Positions 36,685-46,095 of a DNA stretch of 64,000 bases are shown here, one piece after another; position 1 is the first letter of the stretch, and every line of letters begins with the position of its first letter. Below the pieces are notes generated by a model. It was given only the letters and a program-made list of their open reading frames with translations, was not told the DNA's origin and did no database searches. The translations under genes were made by a program, and so were the position numbers. Source of the stretch: Rhodospirillaceae bacterium (GTDB lineage Bacteria; Pseudomonadota; Alphaproteobacteria; SHVZ01); contig JAEULB010000159.1 in the NCBI GenBank assembly GCA_016792585.1, positions 47,097 to 111,096 on the forward strand, written 5' to 3'.

Positions 36685-37719
36685 ATGGCCACTGAGACAA
36701 TCCGCGTCGGCGTGACGCGCGACGCCCTCCTCGCCGGCACCGAGAAGACTTTCTTCGATCCGTCCGCGCTGGAGATCCTGAAAGGCGCCAAGGAGATCAC
36801 CTGGGAGTACCTGCCGGAGGCCAAGAAAGTCCTGACCGCCGACGACGCGGCCAAGTACGACATCATTTCGGTCGTCGCCGCAGGCATCGGCGCCGACGCG
36901 CTCGGCCGGGCCGACCAGAAGCTGAAGCTGGTCGCAGGGTTCGGCGCCGGCTACGACAACCGCGACGTCAAGGCGCTGACCGCCAACGGCGTGCTGCTGA
37001 CCAACAACCCGGACGCCGTGCGCCGACCGATGGCGACGACGCAGCTGACCTTCATCCTGGCGCTCGCGCACAAGCTGAACCACAAGGACCGCATCACCCG
37101 CGCCGGCAAATGGACCGACCAGCGCCAGTACTACGGCGTCGGCCTCACCGGGCGCACGCTCGGCACGATCGGCTTCGGCAACATCGCCAAGGAGCTGTTC
37201 AAGATCGCGAAGCCGCTCGACATGAAGTTCATCGCCCACGACCCCTACGCGAAGGAAGAGGATGCGAAGGCGTTGGGCGTGAAGCTGGTCGACTACGACA
37301 CGCTGTTCCGCGAATCCGACTTCGCCTGCGTCAACGTGCTGCTGAACGACTCGACCCGGAAGCTGGTCGGTGAGCGTGCCTTCAGCCTGATGAAGCCGAC
37401 CGCCTATTTCATTTCCGCCGCGCGCGGGCCGATCGTCGACGAGAAGGCGATGTACGACGCGCTGGCGAGCAACAGGATCGCCGGCGCCGGCATCGACGTG
37501 TTCGAGCAGGAGCCGACGCCGCCGGACAACCCGATCCTGAAGCTCGAGAACGTCTTCGTCTCCCCGCACTCGCTCTGCCATACCGACGAGTGCAACCGGC
37601 TGCTCGCCGAAGGCTCGTTCAGGTCGGCGACCGCGTACGCGCGGAAGGAGACGCCGCCGAAGCTGATCAACCCCGACGCGCTCCAGCACCCGCGTCAGAA
37701 GGCCTGGTTCGGGAAGTAG
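36685..37719 (+). CDS. D-isomer-specific 2-hydroxyacid dehydrogenase
   Basis: NAD-binding motif GTIGFGNIA. 344 aa from MATETIRVG. Confidence 0.8.
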   Translation: MATETIRVGVTRDALLAGTEKTFFDPSALEILKGAKEITWEYLPEAKKVLTADDAAKYDIISVVAAGIGADALGRADQKLKLVAGFGAGYDNRDVKALTANGVLLTNNPDAVRRPMATTQLTFILALAHKLNHKDRITRAGKWTDQRQYYGVGLTGRTLGTIGFGNIAKELFKIAKPLDMKFIAHDPYAKEEDAKALGVKLVDYDTLFRESDFACVNVLLNDSTRKLVGERAFSLMKPTAYFISAARGPIVDEKAMYDALASNRIAGAGIDVFEQEPTPPDNPILKLENVFVSPHSLCHTDECNRLLAEGSFRSATAYARKETPPKLINPDALQHPRQKAWFGK

Positions 37720-37723
37720 GCGC

Positions 37724-38275
37724 CTAGTTCGACAGCGGCGTCCGCGTCACCGGGATCCGTGGCGCCGCAGCGGGCACGCCCTCGACGTTCTTCGGCGGCA
37801 GCAGCTTGACCGCGGCATCGAGCGCGTCGATCAGCTGAGCGTCGACATGCTCGCCCGGGGGCAACGCGTTGGTCTTCCGGAAGCTCACGATCGCGACCTT
37901 GGTCCGCCGGCCGAGCGCACCGTCGGCGGCGCCGATCTGGTAGCCCAGCTGCTCCAGATAGAACTGCGTGCGTGCGATCGCCCGACGGTCAACGACGAAA
38001 GGTTCCGGAGGCGGCGGTGCCGCGACCGGCGGCGGTAGTGCAGCGACTGACGGGGGCGCCGATGCCGGCGGTGGCTCCGACGATTGCGGCGGTGGCGGTG
38101 GCGTGGGCGAAGGGGCGGCCGGCACTGGCTGCGGCGGCAGGGCCAGCGTCACCTGGGTGGCCGGCGCCGCGCTGCGATCCGGCTTCGGCACGAAGCGCCA
38201 GCCAAGCCAACCAGCCGCGACGACGGTCGCCGCGACGCCAATCCAGCCCACTGCCTTCCCGAGCTTCCTCGACAC
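37724..38275 (-). CDS. Membrane-anchored proline-rich protein with a C-terminal peptidoglycan-binding (PG_binding_1) domain
   Basis: There is an N-terminal TM segment. A Pro/Ala-rich linker follows (PPPPPQSSEPPPASAPP). The C-terminal repeat is YLEQLGYQIGAADGALGRRTKVAIVSF. Confidence 0.6.
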   Translation of the reverse strand: MSRKLGKAVGWIGVAATVVAAGWLGWRFVPKPDRSAAPATQVTLALPPQPVPAAPSPTPPPPPQSSEPPPASAPPSVAALPPPVAAPPPPEPFVVDRRAIARTQFYLEQLGYQIGAADGALGRRTKVAIVSFRKTNALPPGEHVDAQLIDALDAAVKLLPPKNVEGVPAAAPRIPVTRTPLSN

Positions 38276-38297
38276 GCCCTCGCCTGCCTTTCGCAGT

Positions 38298-38867
38298 CTA
38301 CATCGCCGGCGGCAGGGTCTTGGTTCCCACGCCGTCGATCAGCTTCTTCGCCTCGGCCATGTCCATCTGCGTGCCGGCCGGCTTGCAGACGACCGCGGTG
38401 ACCCGCTCGGCGATCTGCGATCCCGACCGTGCATACTGGCCGACCACGCAGGGGCGGTCCGCATTCTGCGGCCGATAGGTGAAGAGGCGGAACTTCCCTT
38501 CGGCGTTGCCGCGGAAATAGGGCTGCTCGGTGCGGGCGAAAACGAGGTTCTTGTCGGCGATCCAGGCGAGATCCTCGACCACCGCACGCAGGCCCGCGTC
38601 GCGCCACTTGGCCGGGCCGCCCACGAACTCGTACCAGAAGACCCCGAGCAGGCCATCGGCGGCATAGCCCGCCTTGTCGGTGGTCGGCACCGCCGGCGCC
38701 TCGCCCTTGGCGGGTTCGCCTTCGGCACGGTCAAAAAAAGAAGGCTTCGCGTCCTTCAGGGCGGGGATCGCGATGACCAGCGCTGAGTCCGCCGGCTCGA
38801 TCTTCTTCCAGTCCTGGGCAAAGGCCGGGGCTGTCGCCAAGAGTGCGAGGAGTATGAGAAAACGCAT
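38298..38867 (-). CDS. Secreted hypothetical protein
   Basis: The signal peptide is MRFLILLALLATAPAFA. I did not recognise a family. Confidence 0.5.
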   Translation of the reverse strand: MRFLILLALLATAPAFAQDWKKIEPADSALVIAIPALKDAKPSFFDRAEGEPAKGEAPAVPTTDKAGYAADGLLGVFWYEFVGGPAKWRDAGLRAVVEDLAWIADKNLVFARTEQPYFRGNAEGKFRLFTYRPQNADRPCVVGQYARSGSQIAERVTAVVCKPAGTQMDMAEAKKLIDGVGTKTLPPAM

Positions 38868-38899
38868 GCGGGAACGGTAGCGGCCCCGCCGCCGGCTGA

Positions 38900-39961
38900 C
38901 TACCGCCTTTGGGCGCGCAGCCTTCCGACGATGCCGGTCGGGAAGAAGTAGACGCTGAGCACGAACAGGATGCCGAGCCAGAGCAGCCAGCGGTCGGGAT
39001 GCAGGAGCTGCGGCAGCAGCGGAATGCCGTCCGTCGCGGCCGAGAGCTTGCCCATAACCACCTGCAGGTAGTTCTGCGCCAGGATGAAGATCGCCGCCCC
39101 CAGCACGGCGCCATAGAGGGTGCCCATGCCGCCGATCACGACCATCAGCAGGATGTCGATCATGATCGCAAAACTGAGCGTGGTGTCGGGGCCGGTGTAG
39201 CGGAGCCAGAGCGCCATCAGCACGCCGGCCAAAGTCGCCATCGTCGCCGAGAGCACGCTGGCGACCGTTCGGTAGACGACGACGCGGTATCCGAGGGCCT
39301 CGGCGCGAAACTCGTTCTCGCGGATCGCCTGCAGCACGCGGCCGAAGGGCGAGTTGACGATCCGAAGCGCCAGCAGGAAGAGACCGAGGGAGGCGAAGAA
39401 GACCAGGTAATAGGTGAGGATGCGGCCGGTGATCGAGACGCCGAGGACCTGGTCCTCGATCAGGCGGAAGGACGGGCGCAGCATCGCCGGCACCGAATAG
39501 CTGCGGCCGTCCTCGCCGCCGGTGATGTCGCGGAGCTGGGAGGCCAGCACGGCGAAGGCCGAGGCGACCGCCAGCGTGATCATCGCGAAGAAGATCGCCC
39601 GCACGCGGAGCGAGAAGAGACCGATGACGACGGCGAGGATCAGCGACAGCAGCAAGGCGAGGGCCACACCGACGCCCATGGCCCCCCAGGTGGCGCCGAT
39701 CCCGTGCATCGCGACCGCCACCCCGTAGCCGCCGATCCCGTAGAACATCGTGTGCGCGAAGGAGACGATGCCGGTGTAGCCCAGCAGCAGGTCGTAGCTG
39801 GCCGCCAGCACGATGAAGACGCAGATCTTGGCCGCGACATTCAGCGACTGGCTGCCCGGAAACAGGAACGGCGCGAAGGCGAGCGAGACCAGGACGACCA
39901 CCAGCGCGACGGTCAGCGCATGCGAGCGCGGCAGGTCGCCGGAGAGGAGCCGATGGAGCAT
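38900..39961 (-). CDS. Branched-chain amino acid-type ABC transporter permease (LivM-like)
   Basis: 353 aa from MLHRLL..., with multiple TM segments. The start overlaps the preceding permease stop (TGATG). Confidence 0.8.
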   Translation of the reverse strand: MLHRLLSGDLPRSHALTVALVVVLVSLAFAPFLFPGSQSLNVAAKICVFIVLAASYDLLLGYTGIVSFAHTMFYGIGGYGVAVAMHGIGATWGAMGVGVALALLLSLILAVVIGLFSLRVRAIFFAMITLAVASAFAVLASQLRDITGGEDGRSYSVPAMLRPSFRLIEDQVLGVSITGRILTYYLVFFASLGLFLLALRIVNSPFGRVLQAIRENEFRAEALGYRVVVYRTVASVLSATMATLAGVLMALWLRYTGPDTTLSFAIMIDILLMVVIGGMGTLYGAVLGAAIFILAQNYLQVVMGKLSAATDGIPLLPQLLHPDRWLLWLGILFVLSVYFFPTGIVGRLRAQRR

Positions 39962-40947
39962 CAGCGCCTCGCCACCGGGTAGAGGCCCTGCGGCCGCCAG
40001 GAGAGGATCGCCAGCATCAGCACGATGTTGGAGACCAACGCCAGCTTCGGCACCAGGAAGCCCGAGTAGTTGGCGAGCAGCGCCAGCAGGATCGATCCGG
40101 CGAAGCAGCCGCCGACCGAGCCCAAGCCGCCGATGATGATGGCGATGAAGATCAGCACCATCATCTCCATGCCCATCGAGGCGACCAGGATCTGGCGATA
40201 GAGAGCCCAGAGCACGCCGCCTAGGCCGGCCAGCGCCGAGCCGGCGACGAAGACGCCGACGAAGATCTTCCTGATGTCGTATCCCAGCGCCTCGACCATC
40301 TCGGTGTTCTCGACGCCGGCGCGGATCAGGAGGCCGATCCGGGTGCGGTTGAGGCCGAGATGCATGCCGGCGAAGACGGCGAGACCCAGCAGGATCGCGA
40401 AGACGCGGAAGCGCTCGACCGCGGCATCGCCGATCACGAAGGAACCGCGCAAGGTCTCGGGCAGGCGCACCGGGATCGGGTTGGCACCCCAGAGCGCGTG
40501 GATCAGCTGTTCGGCGACGATCAGCCCGCCGGTGGTGATCAGGATCTGCTTCAAGTGCTGGCCGTAGACCGGCCGGATCACCACGCGCTCGAAGAAGTAG
40601 CCGAGCGCGCCGGTCGCGACCATCGCGACGACCGCCGCGAGCCCGATCACGCCGAGATTGAGGCCGAGCGAGTCGGCGGTACCCCAAGCCGCCAGCGGAA
40701 CCAGCACGAGCAGCGCCACATAGGCGCCGATCGAGATGAAGACGCCATGGCCGAAGTTGATGACGTCCATCAGGCCGAAGACCAGGGTCAATCCTGAGGA
40801 CATCACGAAGATCATCATGCCCATCGCCAGGCCGGCGACGGTCAGCGTTACCCAGGTGGACAGGCTGCCGACGAAGGGCAGCGCCCCCAGCGCCAAGGCC
40901 GCGATCAGGATCAGCGGCGCCCAGTCAGCATGCTTCGTCTCGGTCAC
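39961..40947 (-). CDS. Branched-chain amino acid-type ABC transporter permease (LivH-like)
   Basis: The GTG start overlaps the stop of the upstream ATPase (GTGA). The N-terminus is VTETKHADWAPLILIAAL.... Confidence 0.7.
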   Translation of the reverse strand: MTETKHADWAPLILIAALALGALPFVGSLSTWVTLTVAGLAMGMMIFVMSSGLTLVFGLMDVINFGHGVFISIGAYVALLVLVPLAAWGTADSLGLNLGVIGLAAVVAMVATGALGYFFERVVIRPVYGQHLKQILITTGGLIVAEQLIHALWGANPIPVRLPETLRGSFVIGDAAVERFRVFAILLGLAVFAGMHLGLNRTRIGLLIRAGVENTEMVEALGYDIRKIFVGVFVAGSALAGLGGVLWALYRQILVASMGMEMMVLIFIAIIIGGLGSVGGCFAGSILLALLANYSGFLVPKLALVSNIVLMLAILSWRPQGLYPVARR

Positions 40948-41669
40948 TGATGGCGATCCAGGCTGAGGCCGAGCAGCCGGTGCTGAAGCTCGGCATTCTC
41001 GGCGAGCTCGGCCATCGGACCGGCATGGACGACGCGCCCGTCGTCCATCACCGCGACCGTATCGCCGAGCGCCTTGGCGGCGGCGAAGTTCTGCTCGACC
41101 AGCAGGATCGTGGCGCCCGACGCCTTCAGCTCGCGGAAGGCGGAGATCATGTTGGCGACGATGGCCGGCGCCAGGCCCTTGGTCGGCTCGTCGACGAGAT
41201 AGAGCTTGCGCGGCTCGATGATCGCACGCGCGATCGCCAGCATCTGCTTCTGCCCACCGGACAGCGCCCCGGCGGCGAGCGCCCAGAATTTCTCCAGCGC
41301 CGGGAACAGGCCGAACACCCATTTCAGGCGCTCGGCATCGATCTCCCCTTCCCTGGCGGCCAGCACCAGGTTCTCGCGCACCGTGAGGTCGGCGAAGATG
41401 CCCATGTTCTCCGGCACGTAAGCGAGACCGGAACGCGCGATCTGCGGGGTCGGACGCTGGGTCACGTTCTCGCCGGCGAGCGTCACGCGGCCGGACGAGG
41501 CGCGCCAGAGACCCATGATCGTGCGCAAGGTCGAGGTTTTCCCCGCCCCGTTGCGGCCGAGCAGCATCGTGACGCCGCTCTCCGGCACGACGAGATCGAC
41601 GCCATGCAGGATGTGATAGCGCCCGACATGGGTGTGGACGCCCGAAAGCGAGAGCAGCGGTGCGGTCAT
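40944..41669 (-). CDS. ABC transporter ATP-binding protein (LivF-like)
   Basis: Walker A motif GRNGAGKTS. 241 aa. Confidence 0.85.
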   Translation of the reverse strand: MTAPLLSLSGVHTHVGRYHILHGVDLVVPESGVTMLLGRNGAGKTSTLRTIMGLWRASSGRVTLAGENVTQRPTPQIARSGLAYVPENMGIFADLTVRENLVLAAREGEIDAERLKWVFGLFPALEKFWALAAGALSGGQKQMLAIARAIIEPRKLYLVDEPTKGLAPAIVANMISAFRELKASGATILLVEQNFAAAKALGDTVAVMDDGRVVHAGPMAELAENAELQHRLLGLSLDRHQ

Positions 41670-42439
41670 GCCGCCGCCACGCCGAGATAGGCTTCCTGGA
41701 CGACGGCCGAGGCGATCACCTCGGCCGGCAGGCCGTCGGCAACGAGCTGGCCGTTATGCAAAACGATGATGCGGTCGGCGAGCGAGCGGACCACGTCCAT
41801 CTTGTGCTCGACCAGCAGGATGGTGGCGTTCGCCCGCGCCTTGATCTCCTGGATCAGCTCCAGGATGGTCGGCACCTCGTCGACGCTCATGCCGGCGGTC
41901 GGCTCATCGAACATGAAGATGTCAGGCTCGAGCGCCAGCATCAGCGCGACTTCGAGCTTCCGCTGGTCGCCATGCGACAGCGAGGCGACAGCAGCGTCGC
42001 GGCGGTCGGCAAGACGCACGCGCGCCAGCATCGCCTCCGCCTTCTCGATCAGCGCGCGCCGGTCGCTCCACAGGCTGACGAGGTCGAGCCCGACCCGCGC
42101 CCGGCTCTGCACGGCAAGCCGCACGTTCTCGGCGACGGTGAGGTTGGGAAACAGGTTGGTCAGCTGGAAGGCGCGGCCCATGCCGCGATGGGTGCGGGCC
42201 GAGACCGGGAGTCCGGTCACGTCCTCGCCCTTCAGCAGCACCGTGCCGGCGCTGGCCTTGAGCTGTCCCGAGATCAGGTTGAAGTAGGTGGTCTTGCCGG
42301 CGCCGTTGGGACCGACGATCGCGGTCAGGCTGCCGGAGCGGAAGCTGCAGCTAACCTTGTCGACGGCGACATGGCCGCCGAAGCGGATGGTGAGGTCGCG
42401 CGTCTCCAGCGCCGGCGCGTCCATCTTTGTCCCCGACAC
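41666..42439 (-). CDS. ABC transporter ATP-binding protein (LivG-like)
   Basis: Walker A motif GPNGAGKTT. 257 aa. Confidence 0.85.
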   Translation of the reverse strand: MSGTKMDAPALETRDLTIRFGGHVAVDKVSCSFRSGSLTAIVGPNGAGKTTYFNLISGQLKASAGTVLLKGEDVTGLPVSARTHRGMGRAFQLTNLFPNLTVAENVRLAVQSRARVGLDLVSLWSDRRALIEKAEAMLARVRLADRRDAAVASLSHGDQRKLEVALMLALEPDIFMFDEPTAGMSVDEVPTILELIQEIKARANATILLVEHKMDVVRSLADRIIVLHNGQLVADGLPAEVIASAVVQEAYLGVAAA

Positions 42440-42477
42440 GAGCGGGGCGACCTCTCGGCCGCCCCTGCCCTTCGATC

Positions 42478-43680
42478 TTAGCGCTTGTTGCGGATCGGCA
42501 CCGGGATCGCCGAGGCCGGGATCTCGTTGACGAGGTCGAGCAGGTCGTACTGGTCCTTCCCGTCCTTCTTGACCCGGAAGTGATACATCGCCTGCATCGC
42601 CTGATGGTCCTCCTTGCGGAAGGTCATCTTGCCCTTGGGCGTGTCGAACTCGAGCCCTTCCATCGCGGCGATCAGCTTCTCGGTGTCGCTGCCGCCGGCC
42701 TTGGTGATGGCGGCAAGCACGGCCGAGGCCGCGGCCATTCCGCCGGCAGTGAAGAAGTCGGGCGGCATGTTGAAGCGCTTCTGGTGCTCGGCCACCAGCC
42801 AGTCGTTCATCGGGTTCTTCGGGAATCCCCAGTAGTAATAGATCGCCCCTTCCATGCCCGGATAGGCCTTGTAGGGCACCATCGCCGGCAGGATGTTGCC
42901 GCCCGGCGCGATCTCGATGTTGAAGCGCTCGGGCTTGAGGTCGGCGATCTTGGTCAGCGGGTGAGGGCCGGCCCAGATGATCACGATCACCTTGCGGCCC
43001 GGCTTGTCCTTCAACGCGTCGAACAGGCGCTGGGCCGAGGCAGTGAAGTCGGTGGTGTTCTGCGGCGCATATTCCTCGAACACGACCTTGGACGGGCTCT
43101 TCACCGCCTCAAGCGCGTCCTTCATCGCCTTCACACCGTCGCGGCCGAAGGCGTAGTCCTGCGCCAGGGTCGCGATCTGCATCGGCTCCTTCGAGAGCGC
43201 GACCGCGGCCGCGACGCCGTCCTGGGAGGAGTTGCGGCCCGTGCGGAAGATGTAGCGGTTCCACTTGTCGCCGGTGATCGAGTCGGCGACTGCCGGCTCG
43301 ACCAGCAGCACCTTCTTGTACTCCTCGGCGACCGAGAGGGCGGCCAGTGCCGCCGCCGACGAGGTGGTGCCGACCGCGATGTCGACCTTGTCGTCGCCAT
43401 AGGCCTGCTCGAGCAGCGACTTGGCGAGGTCGGGCTTCAGTTGGTCGTCCTTGACGATGACGCGGATCTTCCGGCCGTTCAGCTCCATGGAACCTTTGGT
43501 CAGATACTCGAGGCCCATCATGAAGCCGGCCTCGGTCTGCTTGGCATAGGCCTCGAGCGGGCCGGTCTTGCCGGCGATCAAGGCGATCTTGAGCTCCTGC
43601 GCCGAAGCAACTCCCCAAGACAGGGCGACGGCGGCCGCACCGCCCATTACGACACGCAGGAACCTGGAATACGCGCCCAT
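42478..43680 (-). CDS. Branched-chain amino acid-type (LivJ/K family) ABC substrate-binding protein
   Basis: It starts at MGAYSRFLRVVMGGAAAVALSWGVASA, after GGGAGGTGA. The operon runs in the unusual order SBP, livG, livF, livH, livM. Confidence 0.8.
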   Translation of the reverse strand: MGAYSRFLRVVMGGAAAVALSWGVASAQELKIALIAGKTGPLEAYAKQTEAGFMMGLEYLTKGSMELNGRKIRVIVKDDQLKPDLAKSLLEQAYGDDKVDIAVGTTSSAAALAALSVAEEYKKVLLVEPAVADSITGDKWNRYIFRTGRNSSQDGVAAAVALSKEPMQIATLAQDYAFGRDGVKAMKDALEAVKSPSKVVFEEYAPQNTTDFTASAQRLFDALKDKPGRKVIVIIWAGPHPLTKIADLKPERFNIEIAPGGNILPAMVPYKAYPGMEGAIYYYWGFPKNPMNDWLVAEHQKRFNMPPDFFTAGGMAAASAVLAAITKAGGSDTEKLIAAMEGLEFDTPKGKMTFRKEDHQAMQAMYHFRVKKDGKDQYDLLDLVNEIPASAIPVPIRNKR

Positions 43681-43700
43681 GCTCACCTCCCTGGCTGGAC

Positions 43701-43716
43701 CGTCATTCATATGACG
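43701..43716. promoter_or_regulatory. Inverted repeat CGTCAT-N4-ATGACG; candidate TetR operator 1
   Basis: The arms are exact reverse complements. It lies in the divergent SBP/tetR promoter region. Confidence 0.45.
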
Positions 43717-43807
43717 ATCAATTCATGTTTGACCTGAAAATAGCCGCGCCCTCATGAAACGTCAACAAGGCCACGTTTCTTGACATAAGCGGCCGATAGG
43801 CGCAGGT

Positions 43808-43827
43808 ATATGACGCCATCGTCATAT
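43808..43827. promoter_or_regulatory. Inverted repeat ATATGACG-N4-CGTCATAT; candidate TetR operator 2
   Basis: The 8-bp arms are exact reverse complements. It shares the ATGACG/CGTCAT core with operator 1 in the opposite arrangement. It ends 9 nt before the TetR ATG. Confidence 0.5.
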
Positions 43828-43835
43828 TGGACCCG

Positions 43836-44438
43836 ATGACCGCTCGCGCCGCCGCCAAGCCCCAGCCCAAGACCGACCGCGGCGAGCGGACGCGGCGGAA
43901 GATCCTGTCTGCTGCCTCGGCGGAGATCGGTCGCCGCGGTTTCAGCGTCACCTCGATCAGCGACATCACGGCCGCTGCTGGCGTCGGCCAAGGCACCTTC
44001 TACATCTACTTCGAGAGCAAGGAAGACGTGCTGCGCGAGCTGGTGCTCCAGCTTGGCCGCGACCTCCGGCATCACCTATCGGGAGCGATCGCACGCACGA
44101 AGAACCGGCTGGAGGCCGAGCGCGAGGGCCTCCGCGCCTTCATCGAGTTCGTGCGCGGCAATCCCGGCCTCTACCGCATCATCGAGGAATCGCAGTTCGT
44201 CGACGATGCGATCTATCGCCGCCACTACATGGACTTCGCGGCCACGTACCGGTCGGCCCTCGAGGTCGCCGAGCAGCGGGGCGAGATCCGCAAGGGCAAC
44301 GCCGAGGTCCGCGCCTGGGCGCTGATGGGCATGGCGGTCCTACTGGGCCAGCGCTACGGGATCTGGGACGTGGCGACCCCCCTCGACGACGTGATCGGGC
44401 CCGCCGTCGACCTGATCGGGAGAGGCATCCAGCCCTGA
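43836..44438 (+). CDS. TetR/AcrR-family transcriptional regulator
   Basis: The HTH region is RKILSAASAEIGRRGFSVTSISDITAAAGVGQGTFYIYF. The start is taken at MTARAAAK, and there is a TTG alternative at 43827. Confidence 0.85.
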   Translation: MTARAAAKPQPKTDRGERTRRKILSAASAEIGRRGFSVTSISDITAAAGVGQGTFYIYFESKEDVLRELVLQLGRDLRHHLSGAIARTKNRLEAEREGLRAFIEFVRGNPGLYRIIEESQFVDDAIYRRHYMDFAATYRSALEVAEQRGEIRKGNAEVRAWALMGMAVLLGQRYGIWDVATPLDDVIGPAVDLIGRGIQP

Positions 44439-44459
44439 TCTCGGGTAGCGTCGTGGGCA

Positions 44460-45938
44460 ATGGTCGCCGACTTCGCCCGACGCCGTGCCGAGACCACCCC
44501 CGACCGCATCGCCTTCGTCGAAGCGGCGAGCGGCCAGTCCTTCTCCTATCGCGAATTCGACGACCGGGCGGACCGGGCGGCGACTCTTCTCCGCGATCTC
44601 GGCGTTACCACGGGCGACCGCATCGCGACGCTGACGCTGAACGAGGTCGCCTTCTTCGAGATCCTGGTCGCGGCCGCGCGTATCGGCGCGATCATGGTGC
44701 CGCTCAACTGGCGGTTTGCCGCCGATGAGCTCGCCCCGATCCTTGCGGATTGCAGCCCCCGCTTGATCGTCCATGACGGCGCCAACGAGGCGATGGCGCG
44801 ACGGCTCTCCGCGCCCCGCCTGTCGCTCACCGACTACGAGGCGCGGATCGCGACGGCCTCTCCGTTCGCCCATCGCGCGGAGCCATGGCCCGCCGACGGC
44901 GTCTGGTATCTGCTCTACACCTCCGGCACGACCGGGAGGCCCAAGGCCGTGATCCAGACCTTCGGCATGGCTGAGGCCAATCACGTCAACCTGAGCCACG
45001 CGATCGGGCTCACCGCCGAAGACCGCACACTCAACTTCCTTCCCCTCTTCCACACGGCCGGCATCAACCTGCACACGCTGCCGACGCTGATATCTGGCGG
45101 CACGGTGACGATCTTCCCGAAGTTCGACGCCGACAGGGTGATCGCCGCGATCGGTTCCGGCCAGGTCACCTGCTTCTTCGGCGTGCCCGCGGTCTACCAG
45201 GCGCTCGCCCTGCACCCGCGCTTCGCATCGCTGGATCTCGGCCGCGCGCGCTCCTGGGCGTCCGGCGGCGCGCCGCTGCCGGAATCCCTGCTCCGCGCCT
45301 TTCTCGCACGCGGGGCGCGCGTCTGCGCCGGCTACGGCATGACCGAGACCGGGCCGACGCTCTGCCTGATGGATCCCGGCAGCGTCGAGGCGAAGGTCGG
45401 CTCGTCCGGCAAGGCACAAACCCTTTCGCAGGTCCGCATCGTCGACGATCTCGGGCGCGACGTTCCGACCGGCATGTCGGGCGAAGTGCTGGTGAAGGGC
45501 GCCAACGTCACGCCCGGCTACTGGAACAACGACGCTGCGACCCGCGCCGCCTTCACCGCCGACGGGTGGCTCAAGACCGGCGACGTCGGGCGCCTGGATG
45601 AAGACGGCTACGTCACCATCGTCGACCGCCTCAAGGACATGTTCATCTCCGGCGGCGAGAACGTCTATCCGGCCGAGGTCGAACGCGCGCTCCTCGCCCA
45701 TCCCGACGTGCTCGAGGCCGCCGTGATCGGCGTCGCCGACGAACGCTGGGGCGAGGTCGGTCGCGCCTTCGTCGTGCCTCGGGAGAACGCGCGGCCGGAG
45801 CCGGAGCGGCTCCGCGCCTTCTGCCGCGACCGGATTGCCGGATACAAGGTGCCGCAGACGATCCTGGTCGTCGGCGACCTGCCACGCACCGCCGCCGGCA
45901 AGGTGCAGAAGCACCTGCTGCGGGTGCGTACCGACTGA
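44460..45938 (+). CDS. AMP-dependent acyl-CoA synthetase/ligase
   Basis: AMP-binding motif LLYTSGTTGRPKAV. 492 aa. Confidence 0.85.
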   Translation: MVADFARRRAETTPDRIAFVEAASGQSFSYREFDDRADRAATLLRDLGVTTGDRIATLTLNEVAFFEILVAAARIGAIMVPLNWRFAADELAPILADCSPRLIVHDGANEAMARRLSAPRLSLTDYEARIATASPFAHRAEPWPADGVWYLLYTSGTTGRPKAVIQTFGMAEANHVNLSHAIGLTAEDRTLNFLPLFHTAGINLHTLPTLISGGTVTIFPKFDADRVIAAIGSGQVTCFFGVPAVYQALALHPRFASLDLGRARSWASGGAPLPESLLRAFLARGARVCAGYGMTETGPTLCLMDPGSVEAKVGSSGKAQTLSQVRIVDDLGRDVPTGMSGEVLVKGANVTPGYWNNDAATRAAFTADGWLKTGDVGRLDEDGYVTIVDRLKDMFISGGENVYPAEVERALLAHPDVLEAAVIGVADERWGEVGRAFVVPRENARPEPERLRAFCRDRIAGYKVPQTILVVGDLPRTAAGKVQKHLLRVRTD

Positions 45939-46095
45939 GGTCGTCCCCCCTCTTCCGGCAAAGCCGGGGGGAGGGTTGGGGTGGGGGCGAGCGAAGCGAG
46001 GAATGGATCTAAAGAACTCAGCGACGGAAACCTCGCGACGCCTTGCATCGCTCGCCCCACCCTGCCCTCCCCCGCGTACGACGCGGGAGAGGGTT
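45939..46095. repeat. REP/RIME-like composite intergenic palindromic element: two GC-rich terminal hairpins plus a long internal inverted repeat
   Basis: Hairpin B lies at 45945-45975 (CCCCCCTCTTCCGGC..GCCGGGGGGAGGG). Hairpin C lies at 46065-46093 (CCCTCCCCCGCG-TACGA-CGCGGGAGAGGG), 3 nt before the M20 peptidase stop. The segments GGGAGGGTTGGGGTGGGGGCGAGCGA (about 45970-45995) and TCGCTCGCCCCACCCTGCCCTCCC (about 46049-46072) are near reverse complements of each other. Confidence 0.6.

Noticed and set aside
43781-43812. TTGACA ... TATATG as a tetR promoter.
   Set aside because: The spacer is 20-21 bp, too long for a sigma70-type promoter. The TATATG is instead part of operator palindrome 2.
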